Shown: positions 23,141 to 35,094, counted from the first letter of the stretch. The stretch is 37,228 bases of DNA from Nemertoderma westbladi (GCA_032718475.1 JAUCBJ010005559.1:1-37228); one strand, 5' to 3'. The notes: a model not told the origin generated them from the letters alone. A program made the numbers and translations.

Positions 23141-24529
23141 ATGGCCTTGAGTGGACCCAGACGCCAACTTATCAATGTGGTCATCCTCGGTATATCTTTC
23201 ATGTTTATATTCACGGCTTTCCAAACGGGTTCTATTGTCGAACAAACCGTACTCGATGGAATGCATGCGGAGCATTCGAACTTCCACGGCAGTGGCTACT
23301 ACAGTCTCGCCATCGTCTATGGTGTATTCGCCGCTTCCACCTGGATTGCGCCTTCGATTGTCACCGTTACTGGTCCGCGATTGGCCCTTGTCATTAGCGG
23401 CATCATCTACACTGTGTTCATCGGCTCATTCATCTACCCGGTGGAGTGGCTCTTGTATTTTTTCTCCTGCGTTCTGGGCGTCGGAGCGGCGATAATATGG
23501 ACGGCGCAGGGCAACTTCATCACGATAAACTCTAACGAGGACACAATAGGGCGAAACACCGGTATATTCTGGACACTCCTCCAAAGCAGTTTATTGATCG
23601 GTAACCTCTACACCTTCTTCGCTTTCGGGGGCGTAGAACACATAAATGACACGGCGAGAATGGTCTTGTACTTCGGCCTCTTGGGTGTTAGTTGTATTGG
23701 AGTTATCTCGATGCTTTTACTGAAGAAACCTAGCGATACATACAACGACCTGACAGTATCAGCTGTAATGGAAGCCAAACAAGCAGGTCCATGGGCTGCA
23801 TTGAAGCTATCATTCTTCCTTTTTAAATCGAGAGAGATGATTATTCTAAGTTTGTGTTTCGCTTACATGGGATTGGAGTTGACTTTCTTCTCTGGAGTTT
23901 ACGGTACCTGCCTCGGCAATACTGCGGCCTTAGGCGAGGACATTAAGAAATACATCGGCATCTCAGGTATGCTAATAGGAGAAGGAGAAATCTTGGGGGG
24001 CGTTGCTTTCGGGTTGCTTGGGAAACGTACCAGGAAATGGGGACGTTATCCAATAGTCTGCCTGGGGTTCGTGGTACATTGCATAGCTTTCGGTATAATA
24101 TTCGTCAACATACCCACTCGCTCACCCATAGAAACCGACCCAACAACAAGCTACATAAACCCCAATCTCTCCTTGGCGCTATTTAGTAGTTTCCTTTTGG
24201 GATTGGGTGATTCCTGTTACAGCACCCAAATGTATTCCTTACTAGGATCCATGTACGCCAAGCAATCTGTGCAGGCCTTCGCCTTGTTTAAGTTCTTCCA
24301 TTCCGTCGCTGTTATGACTTCATTCTTTTATTCCGGGTATCTTCCTTTGCGATGGCAGCTCCTTATTCTAGTTGTAATGAATTTCTTCGGGATGTTATCG
24401 TTCGTGACCGTAGATTTATCACGCCAGCGGTCCACTGGTGTCGCATACACAAGGATTAAACTCAAGGAAGCTGATATGGTAGTAGACGAGGAAACAACAG
24501 TTGAAGAAATATTAAATACTGCAACGTAA
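23141..24529 (+). CDS. MFSD11: UNC93-like major facilitator superfamily protein MFSD11, single-exon CDS
   Basis: 462-aa polytopic membrane protein with family motifs NVVILGISFMFIFTAFQT, GSGYYSLAIVY, GAAIIWTAQGNF, GIFWTLLQSSL, GLELTFFSGVYGTC, LGLGDSC and AFALFKF. Confidence 0.93.
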   Translation: MALSGPRRQLINVVILGISFMFIFTAFQTGSIVEQTVLDGMHAEHSNFHGSGYYSLAIVYGVFAASTWIAPSIVTVTGPRLALVISGIIYTVFIGSFIYPVEWLLYFFSCVLGVGAAIIWTAQGNFITINSNEDTIGRNTGIFWTLLQSSLLIGNLYTFFAFGGVEHINDTARMVLYFGLLGVSCIGVISMLLLKKPSDTYNDLTVSAVMEAKQAGPWAALKLSFFLFKSREMIILSLCFAYMGLELTFFSGVYGTCLGNTAALGEDIKKYIGISGMLIGEGEILGGVAFGLLGKRTRKWGRYPIVCLGFVVHCIAFGIIFVNIPTRSPIETDPTTSYINPNLSLALFSSFLLGLGDSCYSTQMYSLLGSMYAKQSVQAFALFKFFHSVAVMTSFFYSGYLPLRWQLLILVVMNFFGMLSFVTVDLSRQRSTGVAYTRIKLKEADMVVDEETTVEEILNTAT

Positions 24530-24718
24530 TTACAGTATGTGAAATAATGTACTATTTTTTGTGCCTAACGTTATACTTTGCGAACAACTAACTCAATAGT
24601 TTTACTTTGCACTTCCATTTACAGTACACAATTCTATCTACATTATTTACTTTACTCATTTCCCTTCTTATGGATTCGATTCACATTAATTATCTTATAT
24701 TTTTAATTTGCCCGTTGG

Positions 24719-24828
24719 TTTTGTGTGCATATCTTGGTGCAATAAATAAAGCTTCCTTTTCCGATCTCCATTTTGTGTGCATATCTTGGTGCAATAAATA
24801 AAGCTTCCTTTTCCGATCTCCATTTTGT
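24719..24828 (+). repeat. Perfect 52-bp tandem duplication containing the probable MFSD11 poly(A) signal
   Basis: TTTTGTGTGCATATCTTGGTGCAATAAATAAAGCTTCCTTTTCCGATCTCCA occurs at 24719 and 24771. Confidence 0.85.
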
Positions 24829-26182
24829 TACAACATTTGAAGTCACTCCATCGATATATCCTTTTAGCTTTTTTAGTACATAATTTCGTGGTACCAATGG
24901 TAAAGAGGACTTACGTGGATTCCAAATCTATAAATTAATAAGAATTTGGTTGATGAATAGCTGAAAAAATATGGAAAACCCATTGTTGTTGTCTGCTCAA
25001 AGATATTTTAATTGCCTAACATTCTGGAACATAGTGTTTCTGATAACTAGTGTTCAGGAAAGTTTTGTAGATAAATACCATCGTCCAGATGGAAAAACAC
25101 TCTTTTGAACGACCATATTATCTCACCTGTTTCTCGAGAGAGGTTTGTAGCGCTGACAAATCAGCGGAGGTGAATTCAGCGGGATAATATTCTGTGGCCA
25201 AATCACATTAATTTTTCTTCTGCCCATTACTCTCTTGACTTGCCCATCATGTTATTCAACCTGAAGTAAGAACCAATTAGAGGCCAACAGTTGCTAAAGA
25301 GCTCTGGTGCCGAGACTGTGGAATAGACCCATACACCATGCGATGTCGGAACCTGTTAACTGGAAAACATACAAGTAGGTTGTGTGATGTGCGTGGACGT
25401 AAGTAATATGGAATGCAGATTAGAAGAAATACAAATAATGTATTAATAATAATGTGTTTTTATAATTAATTATTATTTATTATTATTATTAAATTTTTAT
25501 TAATTTTTTTCAATTGCCTTTTTATTACTTAATTTGATACAAATGTACAACATTTGTTCTGAAATCTCTATCAACCAGGATTGATTTGTAACACTTTTAG
25601 CGGCGACGTAGGATATGACCAAAATCAGGATTGAGCCAGAATAATACTATACAATAATGCAACAATAAATAGGCGCACCAGTGCAACTGAATAATATTGA
25701 ATTTAAATCCAATATATATTTGAATTTGAAACAGCACAGATTCCCATTAGATAATGGATGGATATGGAGGGTAATGGATAATATATCTCACCATCACATT
25801 GGTCTGTTCATATACAGTACGATCGGGATTGAGTGTTGGCACTATAGGGATGTGAGTTTTCCGGAAATATGTTTTTTTAAGATAAATTTCCTAAAAGGTA
25901 TATTGAACACCACTAAAGGAATCACTTGTTTCTAGTGTTTACTCTAGTTGTGTTTTCAGAATGTGTATAAACTGCTAAAAGTCACAATCACAATTTTAGT
26001 TCAAATCGTTATTACTATTTTATGCCATTAATGAGGATATTTCTGTAAATATTGACTATTAAAAATAAACTAATTATAATAAATATAACTAACATTTGCT
26101 GAGTCACATCACTAGTTGGCACTCTACACTAGCGTACCGGGGAATTGGAAAAGGGGTTGGCCATAGCTGTGCCGGACTTCGC

Positions 26183-26710
26183 CACTAGTTGGCACACACG
26201 CTAGTGGGCACACACGCTAGTGGGTACACACGCTAGAGGGCACACACGCTAGTGGGCACACACGCTAGTGGGCTCACACGCTAGTGGGCACACACGCTAG
26301 TGGGCACACACGCTAGTGGGTACACACGCTAGTGGGCACACACGCTAGTGGGCACACACGCTAGTGGGCACACACGCTAGTGGGTACACACGCTAGTGGG
26401 CACACACGCTAGTGGGCACACACGCTAGTTGGCACACACGCTAGTTGGCACACACGCTAGTTGGCACACACGCTAGTTGGCACACACGCTAGTTGGCACA
26501 CACGCTAGTGGGCACACACGCTAGTGGGCACACACGCTAGTGGGCACACACGCTAGTGGGCACACATGCTAGTGGGCACACACGCTAGTGGGCACACAAG
26601 CTAGTTGGCACACACGCTAGTGGGCACACACGCTAGTGGGCACACACGCTAGTGGGCACACACGCTAGTGGGCACACATGCTAGTGGGCACACACGCTAG
26701 TGGGCACACA
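26183..26710. repeat. 16-bp minisatellite (CTAGTGGGCACACACG), ~33 copies
   Basis: Direct reading. An isolated related copy, CACTAGTTGGCAC, lies at 26110. Confidence 0.95.
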
Positions 26711-26826
26711 TACAAAATATTTTATGTTATGTCGTATTAAAAAGTATTAACTTTTAATATTAAGCTTTTTTAATCGGAAACAAATTATAACATATGGCTA
26801 AATATTTGTAAGTGAAGTAAAATAAA

Positions 26827-27756
26827 TTAACTGGTCCCGTCGGAAGTAGTCAGATTAAAGTAAACCGAATGTTTTTCTTCCTTAAGGAAATCCGTTACAG
26901 TTTCTAGAACATCCCGATTGCACATCCGCAACTGTGAATCTAACGCCGCTCGTAACCCCAGGTTACCAGACCCCGGTACGAAGTCCACCTTAACCGTATC
27001 CATGGTAGCGAGATGGGCCAGTTCTTCTAGGACATCGACGTTCACGATATACCGCAAGGCGGCGTCGTGGCCAAACGAGCCGTTCTTCCGTATGCTACCC
27101 AGAAGGTCTCCTAGCAACGGGGCGTGACGCGGCCAGTCCAACTGACTCAGAACCAACGCGTTGCCAACCGCGCTGTGACTGAAGCTCGCTGTTGCTAGGT
27201 AACCGCGGTAACACGCCGTTACTACCTCGGCGACGTAGCGGGCAGCGAGACGCGGCGTGACCCGACTAACCGCTAGATGGCGCGATTCAAGGTCACTAAT
27301 AGCGGGAAATTCGAACTGCGCGCCACCAGAGCAATCTAAGTCCTGGAGAATGGAATAAACCGTATCGAGTAATAGTTTATTGTCTCCAAGTAAATAAAGT
27401 AGACTAAGCCGCTGTAGTTTATATTGCAACGATGAGTTAGGAAGGAGTTCAGGGGTTTGGTTTACTTTATCAACGGACCCGTTGTAGATGAGGTTGAGAG
27501 TCTGGAGTGCTCTAAGGCTGTCCCCGTCGGCGGAATGGAGCAGGGAGACGGCGACCGCTCGGTACCACATCCACCCGTCGACCCGCCACCGTCGCCACAG
27601 CCACTCCCAGTCCTTCCGGTAGATCTCGTTCGATCGCAGCATACGCCACGACGCTGAGACAACACGCAGTCGGTCCACCAGGTCGGAAGTTATCGGATCG
27701 GATTCATTATCTAGTCGGATCGCCGAGATAACCTTCCCGTCGTCCGATTCCTCGAT
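26827..27756 (-). CDS. INTS10: Integrator complex subunit 10, terminal coding exon (partial; upstream exons outside window)
   Basis: AVGNALVLSQLDWP…RYIVNVDVLEELAHL…LRAALDSQLRMC resembles the INTS10 C-terminus (ALGHVIVLLQQEWP…YVTNIDMLEEFAYL…FRLAMERQVSRC). The frame stays open 26 codons upstream of the track's GTG (IEESDDGKV…) to a phase-0 acceptor TTTATCAG, with AG at 27758-27757. Confidence 0.85.
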   Translation of the reverse strand: MEESDDGKVISAIRLDNESDPITSDLVDRLRVVSASWRMLRSNEIYRKDWEWLWRRWRVDGWMWYRAVAVSLLHSADGDSLRALQTLNLIYNGSVDKVNQTPELLPNSSLQYKLQRLSLLYLLGDNKLLLDTVYSILQDLDCSGGAQFEFPAISDLESRHLAVSRVTPRLAARYVAEVVTACYRGYLATASFSHSAVGNALVLSQLDWPRHAPLLGDLLGSIRKNGSFGHDAALRYIVNVDVLEELAHLATMDTVKVDFVPGSGNLGLRAALDSQLRMCNRDVLETVTDFLKEEKHSVYFNLTTSDGTS

Positions 27757-30227
27757 CTGATAAATAATAGAGTTAATATATAAATAATATAATTAATAGA
27801 TAAATAATAGAGTTAATAGATAAATAATAGAGTTAATAGATAAATAATAGAGACAATGGATAAATAATAGAGTTAATAGATAAATAATAGAGTTAATAGA
27901 TAAGTAATAGAATTAATAGATAAATAATAGAGTTAATAGATAAATAATAATAGATTTAATAGATAAATAATAGAGTTAGTAGATAAATAATAGAGTTAAT
28001 AGATAAAATAGAGACAATGGAAAAATAATAGGGTTAATAGATAAATAATATAATTAATAGATAAATAATATAGTTAATAGATAAATAATAGAGACAATGG
28101 ATAAATAATAGAGTTAATAGATAAATATTAGAGTTATGGATAAATAATAGAGACAATGGATAAATAATAGAGTTAAAAGATAAATAATAGAGTTAATAGA
28201 TAAATAATAGAGTTAGTAGATAAATGATAGAGACAATGGATAAATAATAGAGTTAATAGATAAATAATAGAGTTAATAGATAAATAATAGAGTTAATAGA
28301 TAAATACTAGAGTTAATAGATAAATAATAGAGTTAATAGATAAATAATAGAGTTAATAGATAAATAATAGAGACAATGGATAAATAACAGAGTTAATAGA
28401 TAAATAATAGAGTTAATAGATAAATAATAGAGTTAGTAGATAGATAATAGAGTTAATAGATAAATAATAGAGTTAATAGATAAATAATAATAGATTTAAT
28501 AGATAAATAATAGAGTTAATAGATAAATAATAATAGATTTAATAGATAAATAATAGAGTTAGTAGATAAATAATAGAGTTAATAGATAAATAATAGAGTT
28601 AATAGATAAGTAATAGAGTTAGTAGATAAATAATAATAGATTTAATAGATAAATAATAGAGTTAGTAGATAAATAATATAGTTAATAGATAAATAATAGA
28701 GTTAATAGATAAATAATATAGTTAATAGATAAATAATAATAGATTTAATAGATAAATAATAGAGTTAGTAGATAAATGATATCGTTAATAGATAAATAAT
28801 AGAGTTAATAGATAAATAATAGAGTTAATAGATAAATAATAATAGATTTAATAGATAAATAATAGAGTTAGTAGATAAATAATATAGTTAATAGATAAAT
28901 AATAGAGTTAATAGATAAATAATAGAGTTAATAGATAAATAATAATAGATTTAATAGATAAATAATAGAGTTAGTAGATAAATGATATAGTTAATAGATA
29001 AATAATAGAGTTAATAGATAAATAATAGAGTTAGTAGATAAATGATAGAGACAATGGATAAATAATAGAGTTAATAGATAAATAATAGAGTTAGTAGATA
29101 AATAATATAGTTAATAGATAAATAATAGAGTTAATAGATAAATAATAGAGTTAATAGATAAATACTAATAGATTTAATAGATAAATAATAGAGTTAGTAG
29201 ATAAATGATAGAGTTAATAGATAAATAATAATAGATTTAATAGATAAATAATAGAGTTAGTAGATAAATGATAGAGACAATGGATAAATAATAGAGTTAA
29301 TAGATAAATAATAATAGATTTAATAGATAAATAATAGAGTTAGTAGATAAATAATATAGTTAATAGATAAATAATATAGTTAATATATAAATAATAGAGT
29401 TAATAGATAAATAATAATAGATTTAATAGATAAATAATAGAGTTAGTAGATAAATGATATAGTTAATAGATAAATAATAGAGTTAATAGATAAATAATAG
29501 AGTTAGTAGATAAATAATAGAGTTAATAGATAAATAATAGAGTTAGTAGATAAATGATAGAGACAATGGATAAATAATAGAGTTAATAGATAAATAATAG
29601 AGTTAGTAGATAAATATTATAGTTAATAGATAAATAATAGAGTTAATAGATAAATAATAGAGTTAATAGATAAATAATAATAGATTTAATAGATAAATAA
29701 TAGAGTTAGTAGATAAATGATAGAGACAATGGATAAATAATAGAGTTAATAGATAAATAATAGAGTTAGTAGATAAATAATAAAGTTAATAGATAAATAA
29801 TAGAGTTAGTAGATAAATGATATAGTTAATATATAAATAATAGAGTAAATAGATAAATAATAGAGTTAGTAGATAAATGATAGAGACAATGGATAAATAA
29901 TAGAGTTAATAGATAAATAATAGAGTTAATAGATAAATAATAGAGTTAATAGATAAATAATATATAGATAGATAAATAATAGAGTTAGTAGATAAATAAT
30001 AGAGTTAATAGATAAATAATAGAGTTAATAGACAAATAATAGAGTTAATAGACAAATAATAGAGTTAATAGATCAATAATAGAGTTAGTAGATAAATAAT
30101 AGAGTTAATAGATAAATAATAGAGTTAATAGATAAATAATAGAGTTAATAGATAAATAATAGAGTTAATAGACAAATAATAGAGTTAATAGACAAATAAT
30201 AGAGTTAATAGATAATAGAGTAATAGA
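27757..30227. repeat. 20-bp AT-rich minisatellite (AGATAAATAATAGAGTTAAT), array 1, inside the inferred INTS10 intron
   Basis: About 120 monomers with recurring variants (GTTAGTAG, GACAATGG, and a 23-bp AATAATAATAGATTT form). Confidence 0.97.
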
Positions 30228-30973
30228 TTTTGTTTTCTATATCTATTTTTTTATTTATAAAGCTACTGTTCTGAAACTTTAACACAAAGATCTGTGATCT
30301 TTTACTAAGAAAACTAAGTATGGATAGCTTCGTAAACCCGTTTGTTCGAAAAATAGGGCACTTTTTGTGCAGGTCGGTTTTTTTCTAAAATTGTATACTT
30401 TTTTAGGCTTTTATAATGTAAAAAATAGCGTGTAGAAAGAAGGATCAGTACTACCTCCTGGGTTGAAGTTCTCGGTCCAAGATTTTGGCACAATGAACCT
30501 AGGTATAAGGCAATCTTTTATGAAAATTTCAGCAAAAATTATTATTTTTGAATAATTTATGGGGACTTTAGTATGTTTGGGCTATTATTTTAGGAATCAC
30601 ATATTTTGTGATAGACAACGGGTAGTAGTTCCAAAATCGGTTCTAGAACATTAAAGCTGTCATGTTTAACAAAATAAATACCTACCGGTACTCACGAATG
30701 TAGCCCTAAACCTGCTGAACATGAAAAATAAAAACGTGTAGGAATTTAGTGAGAAAAAATGTCGAAATCGACAAACTGAGAAAAATGTTGTTTTATACAG
30801 AGTCATGAATATAAGCCATAAAGACTGTTGTTGAAAAGTGCAGTTTTGTGGCGAAAAGTGGGGAAAGCCGATGTCACCACATGAAAGCCCTTCTATCAAA
30901 CTACAAAAATAGATGAAAACATATATTTTTGTAAATTTTCGAAAATTTAACTTGTGTTGTGGTCTTAATTTAA

Positions 30974-31281
30974 TACTACTACTACTACTACTAGGTCGAG
31001 CGAACTCGGACAGTGGAAATGAGATCCTTCCAGGCTTCCCGATTCTCCATAGTTGTCGCAATTTCGTTTCTCCTAAGTTCAGTATCCCTTTCAAGTTGAT
31101 CTATATATGTTATGGCCGGTCGTCCACGACTACGCTTTCCATGAGTTGGTTGCCAGAAAAGTAGATCTGGTATGACCTCGTCTTTACTTCGCCAGCAGTG
31201 CCCACTGAATCTTAATCTGCGTTCACGGAGGGTGGTTGATACAGGTGGTATTGTACCATAAAGCTCGGCGTTTGTATACAT
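30974..31281 (-). mobile_element. 3' end of an RTE-like LINE (family B) with (TAG)6 tail
   Basis: TNAELYG…RRLRFSGHCWR…LLFWQP.HGKRSRGRP…W is typical of the RTE ORF2 C-terminus. The stop codon is the first TAG of the tail. Confidence 0.85.
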
Positions 31282-31336
31282 AGTAGACATGTACCGAACA
31301 ACAAGAGTCCCACAAGAAATGAAAACAAATAAGTAG

Positions 31337-32370
31337 GTGCCAGTTCCCAAGAAGGGCAACCTAACACTCTATGGTTCTTTTCGGGGAATCTCATTGATCT
31401 CGATTGCTGCAAAGCTATACAATAGGATTCTATTAAATCGCATCAGGGATCCCATTGAGAGACTGCTCCGTGGAAATCAGAATGGGTTCCGTAAAGGTCG
31501 TGGGACCATGGAGCCCATTTTGGCACTTAGAAGGATAATTGAAGAGTTATCAAAAAAGAAAGACAGGCATCTGGCTGTTATCTTTGTTGACTTCTTCAAG
31601 GCCTTTGATTCAGTCTCTCGCTCACGTATGTTCAGCATACTTTCATTATATGGGATTCCTGATGAAATTATTGCAGCAATCAGATCAGTATACGATGGTT
31701 CGACAACATTTGTGTCTACTGTTGACGGTGACACAGAACCATTTGAAGTGTTATGGGGCGTCCTCCAAGGAGACACACTTGCACCATTCTTGTTCATTAT
31801 TGTGGTTGACTATGTTCTACGCATGTCCTTAGATCATTATAATGATGATGGGGTGATGATAACTCCACCTACTGGCTCCAGAAGTCGAGGAAATCCTGCC
31901 AAGTACCTAACTGATCTAGACTTTGCTGCTGACTTAGGAGTACTCTCAGAATCATTAGAGGGAGCCCAACGGCTCCTCAGCTCACCTCATGCTGCTTCTA
32001 GTGTTGGTCTTTTTATTAACTCCAGAAAGACCAAAATTCTGACAGTTAACTTTGAAAGTCCTCAGCAAGTCTCTGATCGGATGAGCATAAGCTCAAAGGA
32101 TGGTATGCTTGAGCATGTGGACGACTTCTGTTACCTGGGATCATGGATCCGGAAGTCAGGTGAGGACCTTCGAATACGTAAGGGAAAGGCATGGGCAGCC
32201 TTGAATAGGCTTCCCAGGATTTGGAAGTCACCGAGAATAAATCGGAAACTTAAGGTCCGATTATTTAGAGCAGCAGTAGTTCCAGTACTCCTCTACGGGA
32301 GTCCATGCTGGGCTCTAACTGCTGAGGACACCAAATCTCTGGATGGCACATTCACAAGAATGCTACGCCG
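31337..32370 (+). pseudogene. RT-domain fragment of RTE-like LINE family A, catalytic motif mutated (FAAD)
   Basis: Motifs PVPKKG, FRGISL, QNGFRKGR, FVDFFKAFDSV, GVLQGDTLAPFLF, LDFAADL and YLGS. There is no endonuclease domain and no ATG. It is near-identical to 12190-12750. Confidence 0.9.
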
Positions 32371-33985
32371 ATAGAGTTAATAGATAAGTAATAGAGTTAG
32401 TAGATAAATAATAATAGATTTAATAGATAAATAATAGAGTTAGTAGATAAATAATATAGTTAATAGATAAATAATAGAGTTAATAGATAAATAATATAGT
32501 TAATAGATAAATAATAATAGATTTAATAGATAAATAATAGAGTTAGTAGATAAATGATATCGTTAATAGATAAATAATAGAGTTAATAGATAAATAATAG
32601 AGTTAATAGATAAATAATAATAGATTTAATAGATAAATAATAGAGTTAGTAGATAAATAATATAGTTAATAGATAAATAATAGAGTTAATAGATAAATAA
32701 TAGAGTTAATAGATAAATAATAATAGATTTAATAGATAAATAATAGAGTTAGTAGATAAATGATATAGTTAATAGATAAATAATAGAGTTAATAGATAAA
32801 TAATAGAGTTAGTAGATAAATGATAGAGACAATGGATAAATAATAGAGTTAATAGATAAATAATAGAGTTAGTAGATAAATAATATAGTTAATAGATAAA
32901 TAATAGAGTTAATAGATAAATAATAGAGTTAATAGATAAATACTAATAGATTTAATAGATAAATAATAGAGTTAGTAGATAAATGATAGAGTTAATAGAT
33001 AAATAATAATAGATTTAATAGATAAATAATAGAGTTAGTAGATAAATGATAGAGACAATGGATAAATAATAGAGTTAATAGATAAATAATAATAGATTTA
33101 ATAGATAAATAATAGAGTTAGTAGATAAATAATATAGTTAATAGATAAATAATATAGTTAATATATAAATAATAGAGTTAATAGATAAATAATAATAGAT
33201 TTAATAGATAAATAATAGAGTTAGTAGATAAATGATATAGTTAATAGATAAATAATAGAGTTAATAGATAAATAATAGAGTTAGTAGATAAATGATAGAG
33301 ACAATGGATAAATAATAGAGTTAATAGATAAATAATAGAGTTAGTAGATAAATAATATAGTTAATAGATAAATAATAGAGTTAATAGATAAATAATAGAG
33401 TTAATAGATAAATAATAATAGATTTAATAGATAAATAATAGAGTTAGTAGATAAATGATAGAGACAATGGATAAATAATAGAGTTAATAGATAAATAATA
33501 GAGTTAATAGATAAATAATAGAGTTAGTAGATAAATGATATAGTTAATAGATAAATAATAGAGTTAGTAGATAAATAATATAGTTAATAGATAAATAATA
33601 GAGTTAGTAGATAAATAATATAGTTAATAGATAAATAATAGAGTTAGTAGATAAATGATATAGTTAATAGATAAATAATAGAGTTAGTAGATAAATGATA
33701 TAGTTAATAGATAAATAATAGAGTAAATAGATAAATAATAGAGTTAGTAGATAAATGATAGAGACAATGGATAAATAATAGAGTTAATAGATAAATAATA
33801 GAGTTAATAGATAAATAATATATAGATAGATAAATAATAGAGTTAGTAGATAAATAATAGAGTTAATAGATAAATAATAGAGTTAATAGATAAATAATAG
33901 AGTTAATAGATAAATAATAGAGTTAATAGACAAATAATAGAGTTAATAGACAAATAATAGAGTTAATAGATAATAGAGTAATAGA
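32371..33985. repeat. 20-bp minisatellite, array 2
   Basis: Same monomer and largely the same variant order as 28593-30227. Confidence 0.95.
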
Positions 33986-34731
33986 TTTTGTTTTCTATAT
34001 CTATTTTTTTATTTATAAAGCTACTGTTCTGAAACTTTAACACAAAGATCTGTGATCTTTTACTAAGAAAACCGATTATGGATAGCTTCGTAAACCCGTT
34101 TGTTCGAAAAATAGGGCACGTTTTGTGCAGGTCGGTTTTTTTCTAAAATTGTATACTTTTTTAGGCTTTTATAATGTAAAAAATAGCGTGTAGAAAGAAG
34201 GATCAGTACTACCTCCTGGGTTGAAGTTCTCGGTCCAAGATTTTGGCACAATGAACCTAGGTATAAGGCAATCTTTTATGAAAATTTCAGCAAAAATTAT
34301 TATTTTTGAATAATTTATGGGGACTTTAGTATGTTTGGGCTATTATTTTAGGAATCACATATTTTGTGATAGACAACGGGTAGTAGTTCCAAAATCGGTT
34401 CTAGAACATTAAAGCTGTCATGTTTAACAAAATAAATACCTACCGGTACTCACGAATGTAGCCCTAAACCTGCTGAACATGAAAAATAAAAACGTGTAGG
34501 AATTTAGTGAGAAAAAATGTCGAAATCGACAAACTGAGAAAAATGTTGTTTTATACAGAGTCATGAATATAAGCCATAAAGACTGTTGTTGAAAAGTGCA
34601 GTTTTGTGGCGAAAAGTGGGGAAAGCCGATGTCACCACATGAAAGCCCTTCTATCAAACTACAAAAATAGATGAAAACATATATTTTTGTAAATTTTCGA
34701 AAATTTAACTTGTGTTGTGGTCTTAATTTAA

Positions 34732-35039
34732 TACTACTACTACTACTACTAGGTCGAGCGAACTCGGACAGTGGAAATGAGATCCTTCCAGGCTTCCCGA
34801 TTCTCCATAGTTGTCGCAATTTCGTTTCTCCTAAGTTCAGTATCCCTTTCAAGTTGATCTATATATGTTATGGCCGGTCGTCCACGACTACGCTTTCCAT
34901 GAGTTGGTTGCCAGAAAAGTAGATCTGGTATGACCTCGTCTTTACTTCGCCAGCAGTGCCCACTGAATCTTAATCTGCGTTCACGGAGGGTGGTTGATAC
35001 AGGTGGTATTGTACCATAAAGCTCGGCGTTTGTATACAT
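34732..35039 (-). mobile_element. 3' end of RTE-like LINE family B, second copy
   Basis: Duplicate of 30974-31281; the translations are identical. Confidence 0.85.
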
Positions 35040-35094
35040 AGTAGACATGTACCGAACAACAAGAGTCCCACAAGAAATGAAAACAAATAAGTAG

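Noticed and set aside
8868-23495. Short ORFs antisense to or overlapping RETREG, TXNDC5 and MFSD11
   Set aside because: These are shadow frames of GC-richer real coding sequence with no recognisable motifs.
24830-25410. Possible decayed transposase (WCRDCG Cys motif near 25310)
   Set aside because: There is no sustained reading frame or catalytic motif. It cannot be supported without a search.
26827-27678. Stand-alone 283-aa gene starting at 27678
   Set aside because: The start is GTG, the frame extends to a splice acceptor at 27757, and the product matches only the C-terminal part of INTS10.
30666-31164. 142-aa and 83-aa ORFs (and their copies at 34424-34922), one with a poly-Leu pseudo signal peptide
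   Set aside because: The poly-Leu/poly-Ser runs come from the (TAG)n LINE tail, and the ORFs straddle unrelated repeat pieces.
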